Assembly (NCBI RefSeq): GCF_016432865.1
Contig: NC_067403.1
Location: 241,490,001 to 241,554,000 of the forward strand
Source: Antechinus flavipes
Lineage: Eukaryota
DNA length: 64,000 nucleotides
Direction of reading: 5' to 3'
The translations under genes were made by a program, and so were the position numbers. The notes beneath the pieces were generated by a model. That model made no database searches and was not told the origin of the DNA. It was given only the letters and a program-made list of their open reading frames with translations. Positions 1 to 10,671 of this stretch are shown one piece after another. Numbering within the stretch: position 1 is the stretch's first letter; each line of letters opens with the position of its first letter.

Positions 1-190
1 ATAGGCTTGATTTTACAGAACAAGGAACATTAAATTTTACTTAGATAACATTAAATTAGTTCTGGTAATTGTTTTGCTCTGGTGAATCTAGCGTGTTCAC
101 CCTCATACCAATCACATTGTTTCACTTTATTCACCTTCATATCAGCCATACTTTTTCATTTTATTTTTCTAATGGTGGAATTGCTTTCAG

Positions 191-382
191 GAATGGAAAG
201 CAGTTGGAGTAGAGCAATTGCGTCTCAGCACAGTGGATATGACTGGAGTCCCAACTTTGGAAAACCTAAAGAAAGGTGTCCAGTTCACACTCAAGTATAT
301 GACACTGGGGAAATGTGTCTATGTTCATTGCAAGGCTGGGCGCTCCAGAAGCGCCACCATGGTGGCAGCCTATTTGATGCAG
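191..382 (+). CDS. PTPMT1: PTPMT1 penultimate coding exon (mitochondrial phosphatidylglycerophosphate phosphatase), contains the catalytic loop
   Basis: ttgctttcag| acceptor and |gtatga donor; 192 nt, phase 0-0. Translates EWKAVGVEQLRLSTVDMTGVPTLENLKKGVQFTLKYMTLGKCVYVHCKAGRSRSATMVAAYLMQ, including the CX5R motif HCKAGRSRS (Cys codon 329-331). This frame is not the one in the ORF track. Confidence 0.96.
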
Positions 383-1320
383 GTATGAGTTTGGGCAGAA
401 TTCCATACAAATCTTTGCAGGGACCCTTCCCAAACTTCAAAATTGGCCTACTACTAGATCACTTGGCTCTTAAAAGAAGAGAGCCCCCGAGAGAAGGTGA
501 TTATTCCAAACTCTAGCTTGTCCCTGATGGCAGTCTTTAGGTTAGTTCTCCCCCTGTACAAAGAGTAAAGTTCTAAGGACTTCTTTGTATCTCTCCTAGC
601 ACCTATGAGTGCTTTGTCCTTAAAAGTCACTTAACAAATGATTATTCAGTGAATGAATGTGTTTCTACATCATGAACACATGGAGCTTGAAAAGAAAGAG
701 AACAGTATTTTTTCCAGGCAGCAATGAGCCCAAACAGAGATTTCTTTTGGTATTCCAATTAGCTGTTGGTGGGAGTGATGCTTTACCTTCTGGTTAAAAG
801 AGTTTCAGGAGAAGGCCTGAAGGACAAAACCCTGAACTATCAGGCAAGGACTTCAAAGGAATCCCAACTATCTCCATTTCTAATTTAATGCAGAAGCCTT
901 GATATAGAGCAGTGAGAGAAACAGGAGTTGTTTTTCACTGTCTTGAGGAATTTCTTGCCTTGCTCTTCTTTAAAACTCTTAGTTCCTCATTTTGGAAAGA
1001 AATGGTTGGCAGTTCAGACTTCTCTACATGACTAGGTTTTAATAAGTCTCTACTTTGTAGCACTACCAGCTTATAGAAGTTTCTTAAAGCAAGAACAAGT
1101 ACATAATATGAAAGACAATTACTGCTTACCTCCCAAGAAAAAGCTAAGAATCTTCAAATTGTGTATATGGAGAAAGCTGCAGTATAAAGTACCACTGAAT
1201 AAAGTTCAGTTCAAAATGACTTGAGCGAATAGTCCTTAGTCCCTTAGCATCTGGTCTTTGGGTTTGTGTAGAGACAGTCCTCCCTTCATTCATATCTTTC
1301 TCACTTTCCTTTTACTCCAG

Positions 1321-1485
1321 GTATATAACTGGAGTCCAGAGGAGGCCGTGAAAGCTATTGCCGACATCCGTTCCCACATCCACATCAGACCTGGGCAGGT
1401 AGAGGTCCTCAAGGAATTCCACAAACAGGTCATGGCTGAAGCAGAAAAAACTACGGTTTCCCCAAAAGAACCAGCTGATGAATGA
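1321..1485 (+). CDS. PTPMT1: PTPMT1 last coding exon
   Basis: tttactccag| acceptor; VYNWSPEEAVKAIADIRSHIHIRPGQVEVLKEFHKQ...ADE*, stop TGA 1483-1485; matches the PTPMT1 C-terminus. Confidence 0.95.
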   Translation, partial: VYNWSPEEAVKAIADIRSHIHIRPGQVEVLKEFHKQVMAEAEKTTVSPKEPADE

Positions 1486-1532
1486 AGTAGGAAAACTGGA
1501 AAGAACTCTTAAGACTCTGCAGCTCATTACAG

Positions 1533-1538
1533 AATAAA
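1533..1538 (+). terminator. Poly(A) signal, PTPMT1
   Basis: AATAAA about 50 nt after the stop codon. Confidence 0.6.
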
Positions 1539-1720
1539 CAAATTCATTCATTGGACCCTGGGGGCTGTAACTTGTAATAGGCAGAAAACATCCTGCTCTA
1601 CCAGAAATGTGGCAAAAGGATGGATAACCATCCTTTTTTTGTCTGCTTTGTTTTGCTTCAGTCTCAGAAAACTATTCATTCTACAACAGAAGCTAAATGT
1701 AAACTCGGTTCTCAATAGAT

Positions 1721-1726
1721 TTTATT
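1721..1726 (-). terminator. Distal poly(A) signal, KBTBD4 (a proximal candidate lies at 2017-2022)
   Basis: tttatt on + = AATAAA on -, about 1 kb after the KBTBD4 stop; second AATAAA(-) at 2017-2022. Confidence 0.55.
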
Positions 1727-2725
1727 TTTTACTACATAGGGGCCAAGAAAAATTCCATTTGATAAATATATATTGAGGCTCCATGTGCCCAATATTTTTC
1801 CTCTTAGCATTTGTCACTGCAAAGTATCTTAACCCTGGAAAAGGGGAAGAGAAAGATCTTAGGCTCTTGACCTTTACAGATGTTATTTTCTTGGATGTCA
1901 TTGATCTTGGATGAGAGAATGTCACAGCAACAAGTCTTGGGTATATAGCCACGTGGGCTTTAGGAAGTGATCCATTCAATGGTAGACACAAACACATATA
2001 TATCCCACCAAAGACTTTTATTACAAGAACAGTCCTGGCATTTGCCTGGGTTCACAGCCTCTACAAGAAGAGGGGCTATTTCCACAATGCAAAAACAGTT
2101 TCTGCTATGGATCAGAAATAATATCTTGTGCCCCAAAGATAGCCACGGGGTAACTTAGAAATAAATGCCATTTACTTTGACCAATGAGAAGACATCAGAG
2201 AATTCCACTTCATCATTGTAGTCCCTAAAGAGCAGCCAAGCAATAGCGAGGCCAAAACCATAGATCAGAGACTGAAGGAGAACTGCAAACTAACGCTTTT
2301 CTTTAGTTCACAAGGAAACCGCATCCCTTCTATTGCTTCAGTTCCCTGAAAAGACCCCTTTAGGCCCTCGTATTTAACGTCAGATAGAGGGAAGGCTGTG
2401 CCACAAAGATTTGAGAACGGCTCTGTTTAAACCAAGCAAAAAAGTGCCTGGGGATTGTGAACAACAGTTTAACCTACTCTTAATTCCAGGTAAGGGTCTG
2501 AGATGCCTCTGAGTAAAAAGCCCCAAGAATTGTAAGCCTATTCCAGCTTGGAACCAGGCTGGAAGAATTTGCCTAAGGGGAACAGCAGAAGGTAGCCTAG
2601 TGTTCTTAGAGGCAGGATTCCTTGGAACGGTGGGTTAAGTTGGCCTTTCGGGCTAGGATGAAATAGGAAAGGAAGCGTCCTGGGAAGAGGAAGGGCGAAG
2701 TTTTGCCTCCTCCTTGTCCAGGGCC

Positions 2726-3585
2726 TTAGGCCAACACAAACTGCAGATTGGTGAGCAATACCTTGATGCCACTGGTGACCGTTAGAGCTGAAGTGGCAGG
2801 GTCAAGCTTGTAGGTGCTGGCATCGCCCTTTTTGTAGTGGTCCCGGAATACATAAATGCTGCCGTTGCAGCTGGCAATCTTCCAGAGGGAGGGAGCCGAA
2901 CTCCAGGCCTCAGGAAGGCAGAGCCGGGTGAAGCTATCCAGCAATGGGTTATAGCATGCTAGGGAGTCCCCCTCTGCTACGATGAAGACCAGATCCTTGT
3001 GGACAGCGGCATGCATGTGGCCTGCAAAAGGCAGCAGGTAGGGCTTCACATGGCATTTCTCGGTCTCCGTATCAAAGCACTGGATGAGCCGGGAAGGTTT
3101 GGTGAAGAAATCCAGGTCGTTCTCCTCACCCCCAACAGATAGATGATTCCATTGAGATTAGCCCCAGCAGCTCCTGATACTGCCACCTCCAGCTGGCTAG
3201 TCTCTGTCCAGACGTTATCTCCCACCCGATAGTAGATCACAGCATTGGAAAGAGTATCTTGCAGGGTCTTGCCACCTAAAGAGTAGATGGCATCTTTTCC
3301 TGGCACAGAGACCAGGGTATGCTGAAGCCGGTCACGGGGCAAGGGAGCACACCACTCCCAGTCAACAGTCGCATTATTGCATTTCCACATCCGACGGGGG
3401 ATTGACCCACCTACCACATATAGGTCACCACCATGCTTGCAGGCTGCTGTGATCTGGTGGCACAAACTGTTCTGGCCACTTACACTGATAGAGTCATCCC
3501 CCGCACAGCGTAGGGAGACAGCCAAGGAATGGGTTCGAGATGATTCCTTCCCAATCAGGTAAATATGGACATTCTCACCGATTTC
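2726..3585 (-). CDS. KBTBD4: KBTBD4 last coding exon (Kelch repeats), with an apparent 1-nt deletion at 3129-3133
   Basis: aacag|GAAATCGGT acceptor; EIGENVHIYLIGKESSRTHSLAVSLRC...VVGGSIPRRMWKC...GIIYLLG, then after a frameshift (G)EENDLDFFTKPSRLIQCFD...KPYLLPFAGHMH...LTNLQFVLA*. Length is 860 nt, one short of a multiple of 3. Confidence 0.93.
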
Positions 3586-4087
3586 CTGTTCATATAATTA
3601 AAACACAAATTGTGTCATTCTTAAGTTCCAGCTGACAAAGGCCTGATCCCAGTGCTCCCCTTCCCACTGCTGTCTTGCTCAAACTCACCCCAACCTGGTG
3701 ACTATGGGAGCCTCAGCCTGGCTCTTCTATCACTGTCTTTCCAGGGCTTTTTATGCTAGAGGAAGAGAGTTAATTGCACTCAGATCTCCAGCTGTTTTTG
3801 CTGTAACTCTAAGTTAATTGTAGGGTCTGTACCTTATCAAAGGCTTCCTAAGTTTGCTAATGATCAAGCTGAAATGGAAAGACCACATTTAGAAAGTAGC
3901 TGCATTGACAAACAAGTACTAGCCCCCAAAAAGGAACTAGACCAGAGTTTCATCGGCCTGGGACAATAAACATTCTCTTGGGTGACCCTTATTATAGTCT
4001 CTCGTAGGCAGGCTTCCTTTGCCCTCTCTGCCTGTACGGGGGAGGCAGGTGGGGAGTCCGATAACAGGACTCCTAAGAATTCCATAC

Positions 4088-4194
4088 CTTTAAACTGGAC
4101 TTGAGTGATTCTGAGAAACTCTCTCTTTCTTCTTTGTTAAAGTTGACCCAGGTTTCTATTGCCTCCGATGGGTTCTGGGAACGTGGGACACCAT
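4088..4194 (-). CDS. KBTBD4: KBTBD4 internal coding exon (end of BACK region)
   Basis: ttccag| acceptor and |gtatgg donor; 107 nt, phase 1-0; (D)GVPRSQNPSEAIETWVNFNKEERESFSESLKSSLK. Confidence 0.94.
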
Positions 4195-4500
4195 CTGGAA
4201 TAGGGGGAGAGCAGAGGGAAAAGGCTGGCACGGTCATCCAGAAGGCTCAGGGACAAACACAACACTCACCTACCTTTCTCTTAGGAGAAAAATAACCAAG
4301 CTCAAATTAAGCTACCCAGAGTTGCTAAAGGGGGAGAAGGGAGGGTTCATGCCCTAAGGTTCCCACTTTCCACCAAGGGTGTGCAGAGCAAGGTCGGCTT
4401 CATCGGCCTGAACCCCGGGGATTCGCCCATAGCGGTGACTCCTTAAATTTTTTTCCAGCTGTTTGAGAGATGGAACACCCGAGCGCTCTCCCCGGCTTAC

Positions 4501-5080
4501 CTTTGATGATGTCAGCGAGGAGGTGCTGGGGCAGGTGCAGGAACTCCTCCGTGTCCCGCAGCTGGGCCAGGTGCGTCTTGGCGCAGTGCTTGGCCGCGGC
4601 GTAGAGCTCGGGGTCGCTGTGTCTGTCGGCCAGCCACATCACCTGCAGGCAGTTGGCCACCTGCACGGTGCGGGCCAGGAAGCGCGAGCACTCCTCGAAG
4701 AGGGCGGTCAGCTGGTACATGTCGGACACCTCGTAGATGTCCTGCAGCTCCTCGGCGCGCAGCTTCACCGTGCCGTGGTAGATGTAGTCCACCAGCAGCT
4801 GGAACACGGACTCGCTGACGTCCTGCAGCACGATCACGCGGTTGTGCGCCTCCCGCAGCTTGGTCGTGAACATGGACCTGAAGAAGCAGCTCTGGGCCGA
4901 CAGCACGAGCCGGTGCAGCTGGAACTCGCGGCCCTCCACCGAGATGGTCACGTCGGCGAAGAGCTCTTCCTCCAGGCACAGCTTCAGGATGCCCTGGGCC
5001 ACGCGGCCCGAGTGGGACCGGTCCCGGAACGTGTAGTTCACGAAGTAGTTCTCCTCCGTCGAGTCCCCGGGCCACTCCAT
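4501..5080 (-). CDS. KBTBD4: KBTBD4 first coding exon (BTB and BACK domains)
   Basis: Acceptor ttgccttgcag| at 5090, exon starts 5089; ATG at 5080 in a GCCGCCATGG Kozak context; MEWPGDSTEENYFVNYTFRDRSHSGRVAQG...FADVTISVEGREFQLHRLVLSAQSCFFRSMF...LLADIIK; donor G|gtaagc at 4500. The joined protein would be 515 aa if the frameshift is corrected. Confidence 0.95.
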
Positions 5081-5345
5081 GGCGGCCGTCTGCAAGGCAA
5101 AGCTCGGTCAGGGCCGACCGGGACGCGTCGAGTTAAAGGGAGCGGGGCGGGGCCACGGGCAGGGGCGGGGCCGCCCAGGTGCGGCCTGGAAGCTCCTCGC
5201 GGCCCGCCCTCTCCTTCCCCGCATACGTCATCGCCACTTCCGCCGCGTACCCCGGCTCTCGCAACCTGCTCTCCTGGTGCTGCGCCACCCCGCTCGCTCG
5301 CGCCTGTCTTGGCTTCCGGAGGTGGGGGGAGGGGGGGTGCCTCAC

Positions 5346-5430
5346 CGGCGCTCTCTAGTTCCCTCGCTCGCTAGATCACCCGCGCCCCCCGTTGTCATCT
5401 CATACACCGGAACCTCTGGCTCGGAGCCCA
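5346..5430 (-). other. KBTBD4: Putative first (5' UTR) exon of KBTBD4; 5' end not determined
   Basis: Donor CG|GTGAGG at 5346/5345, inside the CpG island and 256 nt upstream of the exon-2 acceptor. Confidence 0.45.
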
Positions 5431-5509
5431 CGTTCCCCGGATCCGCCGCCCCTTTCCGCTTCCGGTCCGTGCCCTTGGCGCTCCGTCTCGGGCTAGGCGT
5501 CCTAGGGAC

Positions 5510-5573
5510 ATGATGGCGGCAGCCGGGGGCCTGCTGCGGGCTCTCGTAGGGGCGGCCGGAGCGCGGGCGCGGG
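5510..5573 (+). CDS. NDUFS3: NDUFS3 exon 1 (mitochondrial presequence)
   Basis: ATGATGGCGGCA; MMAAAGGLLRALVGAAGARAR(G); donor G|gtgagc; phase 1. Confidence 0.8.
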
Positions 5574-5667
5574 GTGAGCCGCGGGCAGGCCGGGGCTCGG
5601 GTGAGCTGAGGGCGGGGGGCGCTGGGAATTCTCTCAGGCCTAGCTGAGGCCGCGTCTGTGCTTGCAG

Positions 5668-5751
5668 GGGCGGCGCGCGCTGGGGCCCTGCTGCCCGTGA
5701 GGAGGGAGAGCGGCCCGGGAGCCCGCGACCAGGCGGCGGCGAGCCCGTACC
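5668..5751 (+). CDS. NDUFS3: NDUFS3 exon 2
   Basis: cttgcag| acceptor and C|gtgagt donor; AARAGALLPVRRESGPGARDQAAASPY(P), containing the LLPVRRES presequence-cleavage region. Confidence 0.85.
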
Positions 5752-6356
5752 GTGAGTAGTGCCCCGGGGATGGGGGGAGGGAAAGACCCGGTCGGGTCGG
5801 TCTGCGTGTGAGCAACGGCGGAAGCGCTGGGGATGGAGCGGAAGCCGTGTCCGGCCGCGGGGGGTTCTGGGGGGCTCTAGATTGTCATCCACTAGACCGG
5901 GGTTCTCCCTCTGGTCTCGGGTGACAGCGCGGCCTCTCCGGCCCCAGGTCCCGTTTCGCCCACGAGCGCTTGGAGCGGGGGTACGCTCCTACCGAGCCCG
6001 CGGGTGCTTCTGGGCAGACTGGCCGCAGTGGCCGGCCGGCCTCGCCTTATGCGCGGGAGCCGATGCGGGATCTCCCTGGATCTAAACGTTAACTCCGAAA
6101 ATGGGGATAAAGTGACTCGTCCCGGGCCAGAGAACGCGGACCTCACTCAGGCTTCTTTCTGTCCCTGCTCCCTCGTCCGCTGCCACTTACGCCGAGGCCC
6201 CACCGGGACGTTCCCAGAGGCTATGCCAGGGTGGAAAACGCCTGGCCGGGACCGGGACAAATGAGTCACTGACTCAGGCCAAGACCTGCCTGGAAGGCTT
6301 CCAGGAAGGGCCTTGGCCCTCAGAAAATGTTGTTTCTTTTTCCTGTTCCTTTTCAG

Positions 6357-6454
6357 CCACAATTAAACAATGGGACGAAGTAACCCATAAGCAGCTCTCT
6401 GCTTTTGGGGAATATGTGGCCGAGATCCTGCCCAAATACGTGCAGCAGGTTCAG
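6357..6454 (+). CDS. NDUFS3: NDUFS3 exon 3
   Basis: tttcag| and |gtaggt; 98 nt; [32 protein letters not shown]. Confidence 0.96.
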
Positions 6455-6612
6455 GTAGGTGATTCTCATCTTTGGGTGCTGGGGTGTGGCTGTGGGGGGA
6501 GCCTGGTCTCCAGCACGACCAAACTTCCACCTGGTCTGCCCCAGATGAAAAGCCTTAAGCCTGATTGCTCCCTGCCTTCAGAAGCTCTGGTTTCCCTTTT
6601 CCCGTTTCCTAG

Positions 6613-6762
6613 GTGTCCTGCTTCAACGAACTGGAGATCTGCATCCATCCTGACGGAATCATCCCGGTGCTGACATTCCTCAAAGATCATACCAATGCCC
6701 AGTTCAAGTCCTTGGCTGACTTGGGAGCAGTTGATGTCCCAACCCGGCAGAACCGTTTTGAG
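6613..6762 (+). CDS. NDUFS3: NDUFS3 exon 4
   Basis: tttcctag| and |gtagat; 150 nt; [50 protein letters not shown]. Confidence 0.97.
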
Positions 6763-7693
6763 GTAGATGGGGAGAATGGAGAAGATGGGAAAGTTAGAGA
6801 GGTGCCCTGGGGTGTTTGTAGAAGCTTCTGTTGTGGAATCATCTATTTATCCACTGGGGATTTGCGGTGGTTTCTGGTTTTGCACGTTCCCCATCGTGGA
6901 CCACAGCCCCTCCCTGCCTGAGGAAACAGCGTCCTGAGCCATGATAACGTCAGATTTAGCCCATCAGTCTGGGTGACAGGCAGTCCCTTCTCAGACTGTG
7001 TTTGAAACCTTCCAGAACTTGTGCTTTCAGATGGAGGCAGCAGAATGGAACTTGATTAGGGGAGTGTTAGCATTTATGTGAGCCCAAACATGCCTATTCT
7101 AGTGCGTTCGTGAGGAAACGCCACCAGCCGGGGTACTTCTTTTCTTTCTCCCACAAGATTAGTGAGTTTGAAACTTTGTAAAATAGTGGCAAAATAGACC
7201 CTATTATGTTTTTGTGGATTTAGTTATCCTAGGAGCTTTTATGACGGACCCTGTCCCCACTCGGCATAGTACCATCTAGGGTTTTGGAATCCTACACCCT
7301 CCTTGGCTCGGGAGCAATTGCTGCTGGATACTGGCCCATCGATAAAAGAGGGTCCTCATAGGGAACCACCAGCAGGTGGCTTGTAGCACCACCTACTGAC
7401 TGGGATTCCAGAATTGCTAAGAGCACTCAAGAGCTAATGGGGGAGGGAGGGGCTTAGGGATGTCACAGCCACTCTAGAGTGTAGGTCGGTAAGGTAGGCC
7501 AAGCCACAGGTGCACTTGGGAGTTCAGGGGCAGCTGAGTGTCTGGAGGGGAGGGAGGGCACAGCAACTCTTGGAAACGAGAGGATTATACTCATTATTCC
7601 ACATGCTTCTCCATTTTTAGTTCAGGCTTACATCAGCCCCACTGCTCTCCCTGGAGCCCAAAGGAGAACCGGGTTCCCATTTTCCTTTTTCAG

Positions 7694-7819
7694 CTTGTCT
7701 ATAATCTGCTTTCTCTGCGCTTCAATACTCGGATCCGAGTGAAGACGTATGCAGATGAGTTGACACCTGTGGAATCTGCGGTCTCAGTGCACAAAGCTGC
7801 CAACTGGTATGAAAGGGAG
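7694..7819 (+). CDS. NDUFS3: NDUFS3 exon 5
   Basis: ctttttcag| and |gtgagt; 126 nt; [42 protein letters not shown]. Confidence 0.97.
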
Positions 7820-7916
7820 GTGAGTTCCTCCAGTTTGAAAATGGAATGGTGTAGTTAGAAGGGCCAGAAATGACTCCAGGAACTGTGAGCCTGGCATTTG
7901 GATTCCTTTCTTCTAG

Positions 7917-8057
<141 letters not shown>

Positions 8058-9361
8058 TGATCTGTCGTGTCCCCACCCCCACTCCCTCTTTCAGATCAGA
8101 GCCTCTAGGATCTTTCCAGAAGAAGGTCTTCCATGTTCCACTCCCCAGTCTCTCCCTGCTTCTCCCTCGCCCCCAGTTCAGCCTCACAGACTGTCTGCTT
8201 GAATGCCTTTGTTTCCCAGAAGAAGAAATGGAAGCCCAGGGAAGTGACCTTGAATGAAGTCAGGCACAGCTGCTAGGCTTTGATAGCAGGTTCTCTGGCC
8301 CCTGCATTTTGTGGTTGGACAGACATCAGTCCGCTGCCCGGGGCCAGTAAGGACTTGCCTGTAGGATGTTTCGAGTTGTTGGGGGGGAGGGGCACCCTGC
8401 GGGAGAGGCTGGGGACCTTCCATGTACTTGACCCCATCCCATCCCTGAGCCTCCTAATGAGATGTGTGGGTGTGGGGATGTGGCTCTCATGTAGCATCAG
8501 TGTGACTGATACTTGTTAAATGCCTGCCGAAGGCCGGGCACTGGGCTAGGCACATGGGTGCCAAGACAAAAAGACAACTTTTTCGAGCTTGCTTTCTACA
8601 ACTTGGACCCAGCCAGTTCCTCAGCAAGCACCTTGCCTATGATGTGCCAGATGCTTCTAGGCCTTGGGGGTGCTCACACAAAAGAAGAAGTCTCTTCTCA
8701 AGGAGTTTAACTTTTATTGAAGAGACATCTGTATGCAAATAGAAACTGAGTCAGTTCAAAGCGTGTAACTACATTTGATTTTGAGGGGAAAGGCAAGATC
8801 AGGAAGGGCTTTCACGTGGAAGCATTCCAAGCAGCTTGAGCGAGGAGGGCAGCGGTGGATGGACATGGGACGGAGAGGACTTTGGGGGGGGGGGCTGTTT
8901 GGCTGGATCTTGGGGTGTGTGTGGGAGTCTTACACAGAGAAGCTAGAAAGTCTTAAAAGATTTACAAATGTAGTCATTCGGAGGATTCAGTTACAAAGCA
9001 GGGGCCTACACAGCACAATGTGGGAGGGGCAACCCCATTCCTCCAGCACAGCTAAAGAAATCAAAGCGTATCCACTGTGGGGAATAATCAGGAGCTATTG
9101 CCCCTCTGCCCATTGGGCTAAAGACCCATATTCACATTTGTTCTTTAATTACCTGACTCTGGGACCCTTCCATGACTCCATCAGCCCCTCTGTTACTTCT
9201 CTAAGGCCCACGGGGTCATGGATTTTGTGTGACGGCACTATGTCAGCGGGGGTGGTGATCTGGGCACAGCTGGCATAGGAGCAGAAAGGCCAGGGCAGCC
9301 ATTCAGGGCTCTGCGCCCCCGAGCCTGCCCCGGCGTCAGCAGCAGCCCTTCCCTTTTACAG

Positions 9362-9529
9362 GTCCGCTATGACGATGAGGTGAAGCGGGTGGTGGCAGAG
9401 CCGGTGGAGCTGTCCCAGGAGTTCCGGAAGTTTGATCTGAACAGCCCCTGGGAGGCTTTCCCTGCCTTTCGCCAGCCTCCAGAGAGCCCCAAACTTGAGG
9501 CTGGAGACAAGAGTCCTGAAGCAAAATAG
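9362..9529 (+). CDS. NDUFS3: NDUFS3 exon 7 (last); joined CDS 810 nt = 269 aa
   Basis: cccttttacag|; [55 protein letters not shown]. Confidence 0.97.
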   Translation, partial: VRYDDEVKRVVAEPVELSQEFRKFDLNSPWEAFPAFRQPPESPKLEAGDKSPEAK

Positions 9530-9574
9530 CTTCTAGTGAGAGCAGAGCCCGCCTTGTCACTGAACATTTCTGTA

Positions 9575-9580
9575 AATAAA
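9575..9580 (+). terminator. Poly(A) signal, NDUFS3
   Basis: AATAAA 45 nt after the stop, followed by a pyrimidine-rich tract. Confidence 0.75.
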
Positions 9581-10583
9581 ATCATACCTGTACCTTCAGC
9601 TTCCTCTTTATTGGTGCCCATGAAAACCCAGGGAGCTTTGGGGGTCCTTTGTTCATTCTCTATGCCCGTGAGACATGACAGGGAGCATGTCAGTTGGAGG
9701 TTAATGGCAATAGCTTGGAGTGAGCCAGCCACGCACCCAGCATCCAACAAGATCCAGTCTTGGTGCAGGCGGCCACGAGTCCAGACAAGATCTGGTTCTG
9801 GAGATGAGCCGGGGAGGGGACTGGCAGAGGCTAATCAATTGGATCCCAGAACCCGCCCTGGTCCAAGGCTTTGTCTAAGAGGATGGCGGAGTCCTGAGTT
9901 AGCAGTTTGGGCTGGTAAACTGCCTTGTTTAGGACCAAGGAGAAACATCCTGGCCCCCCCATCCTTTCATTCTGCACAATGTGACAGTAGCCCTTGGCAT
10001 CACTTTAGGGAACTGAGCCCGCTCCTGTTCATGGGGCTTGCTAGACTTCCAGGATGGCACTTTTGAGAGGCTGGGGAGACTTGCCAGGGTTGGGAGTGAG
10101 GAATCAAGTGTGTGGAGAGGCTGCGGAAAGGGACCGGCCGGCTCAGGGGCACTCTGAGCTCTGAGCGGCCCTCTCAGGGACAGGGTGTTCTTGCCTGCTG
10201 AGGAAGTCCCAGAGCGCTGGCTGTGACGCGTATTAGGAGCACAAGAAGTGTGACGGGGTCACCGGAGCCAGCACCGACACCCTGAGGGGGTGAGTTGGGT
10301 TGCAACTATTTGCTACCAAACACCCTGTTTTTATTAACGGGACGTCCCAGCCAACTGGGCATAAGCCGAGGAAAAGGCCCGGAACAGCAGGGAAAGGGGG
10401 CTCCGACTGCCAGAAAAGCTAATTCCTCCAGTTCGAGGATGCGAAGTGCCCCAGAGAGCCAAGGAGCCTCCAGCCAGCCCCACCCTGCTCTCCATTGGAG
10501 ACAGATGGAGTGTGAGGAAGAGCTGGTTCCAGCGGAAAGTTGGAGCTGCGGCAGACGGAGGAGCCGGACCCTTCCTACGTGGC

Positions 10584-10671
10584 ATGGCCCCGGATATGCA
10601 GCTCCGCAGCTGGCTCTGGGCAGTCCTGTGCCTCCAGCTCCCTGTGGGGGCTGCGTCCCGATGGCATCCAG
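10584..10671 (+). CDS. FAM180B: FAM180B exon 1 (signal-peptide-like N-terminus)
   Basis: MAPDMQLRSWLWAVLCLQLPVGAASRWHP(G), hydrophobic core; donor CAG|gttaga; phase 1 fits exon 2. The start could also be the ATG at 10596. Confidence 0.65.

Larger units (their letters stand above)
4500..6260. promoter_or_regulatory. CpG island and bidirectional promoter shared by KBTBD4 (-) and NDUFS3 (+)
   Basis: Very high GC and CpG density; divergent genes; tandem ETS/GABP-type CCGGAAGCGGAAA (- strand, 5453-5465); GC boxes near 5142-5170. Confidence 0.85.

Noticed and set aside
82-516. 144-aa ORF
   Set aside because: Overlaps PTPMT1 exon 191-382 in the wrong frame and runs into both introns
4463-5374. 303-aa + strand ORF and the 187-aa alternative-frame ORF 4512-5075
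   Set aside because: Shadow frames of the GC3-rich KBTBD4 exon; no independent homology seen
6950-7000. Hairpin cagtctg...cagactg in NDUFS3 intron 4 as a possible snoRNA or miRNA
   Set aside because: Only a 7-bp stem; no proper C/D or H/ACA boxes
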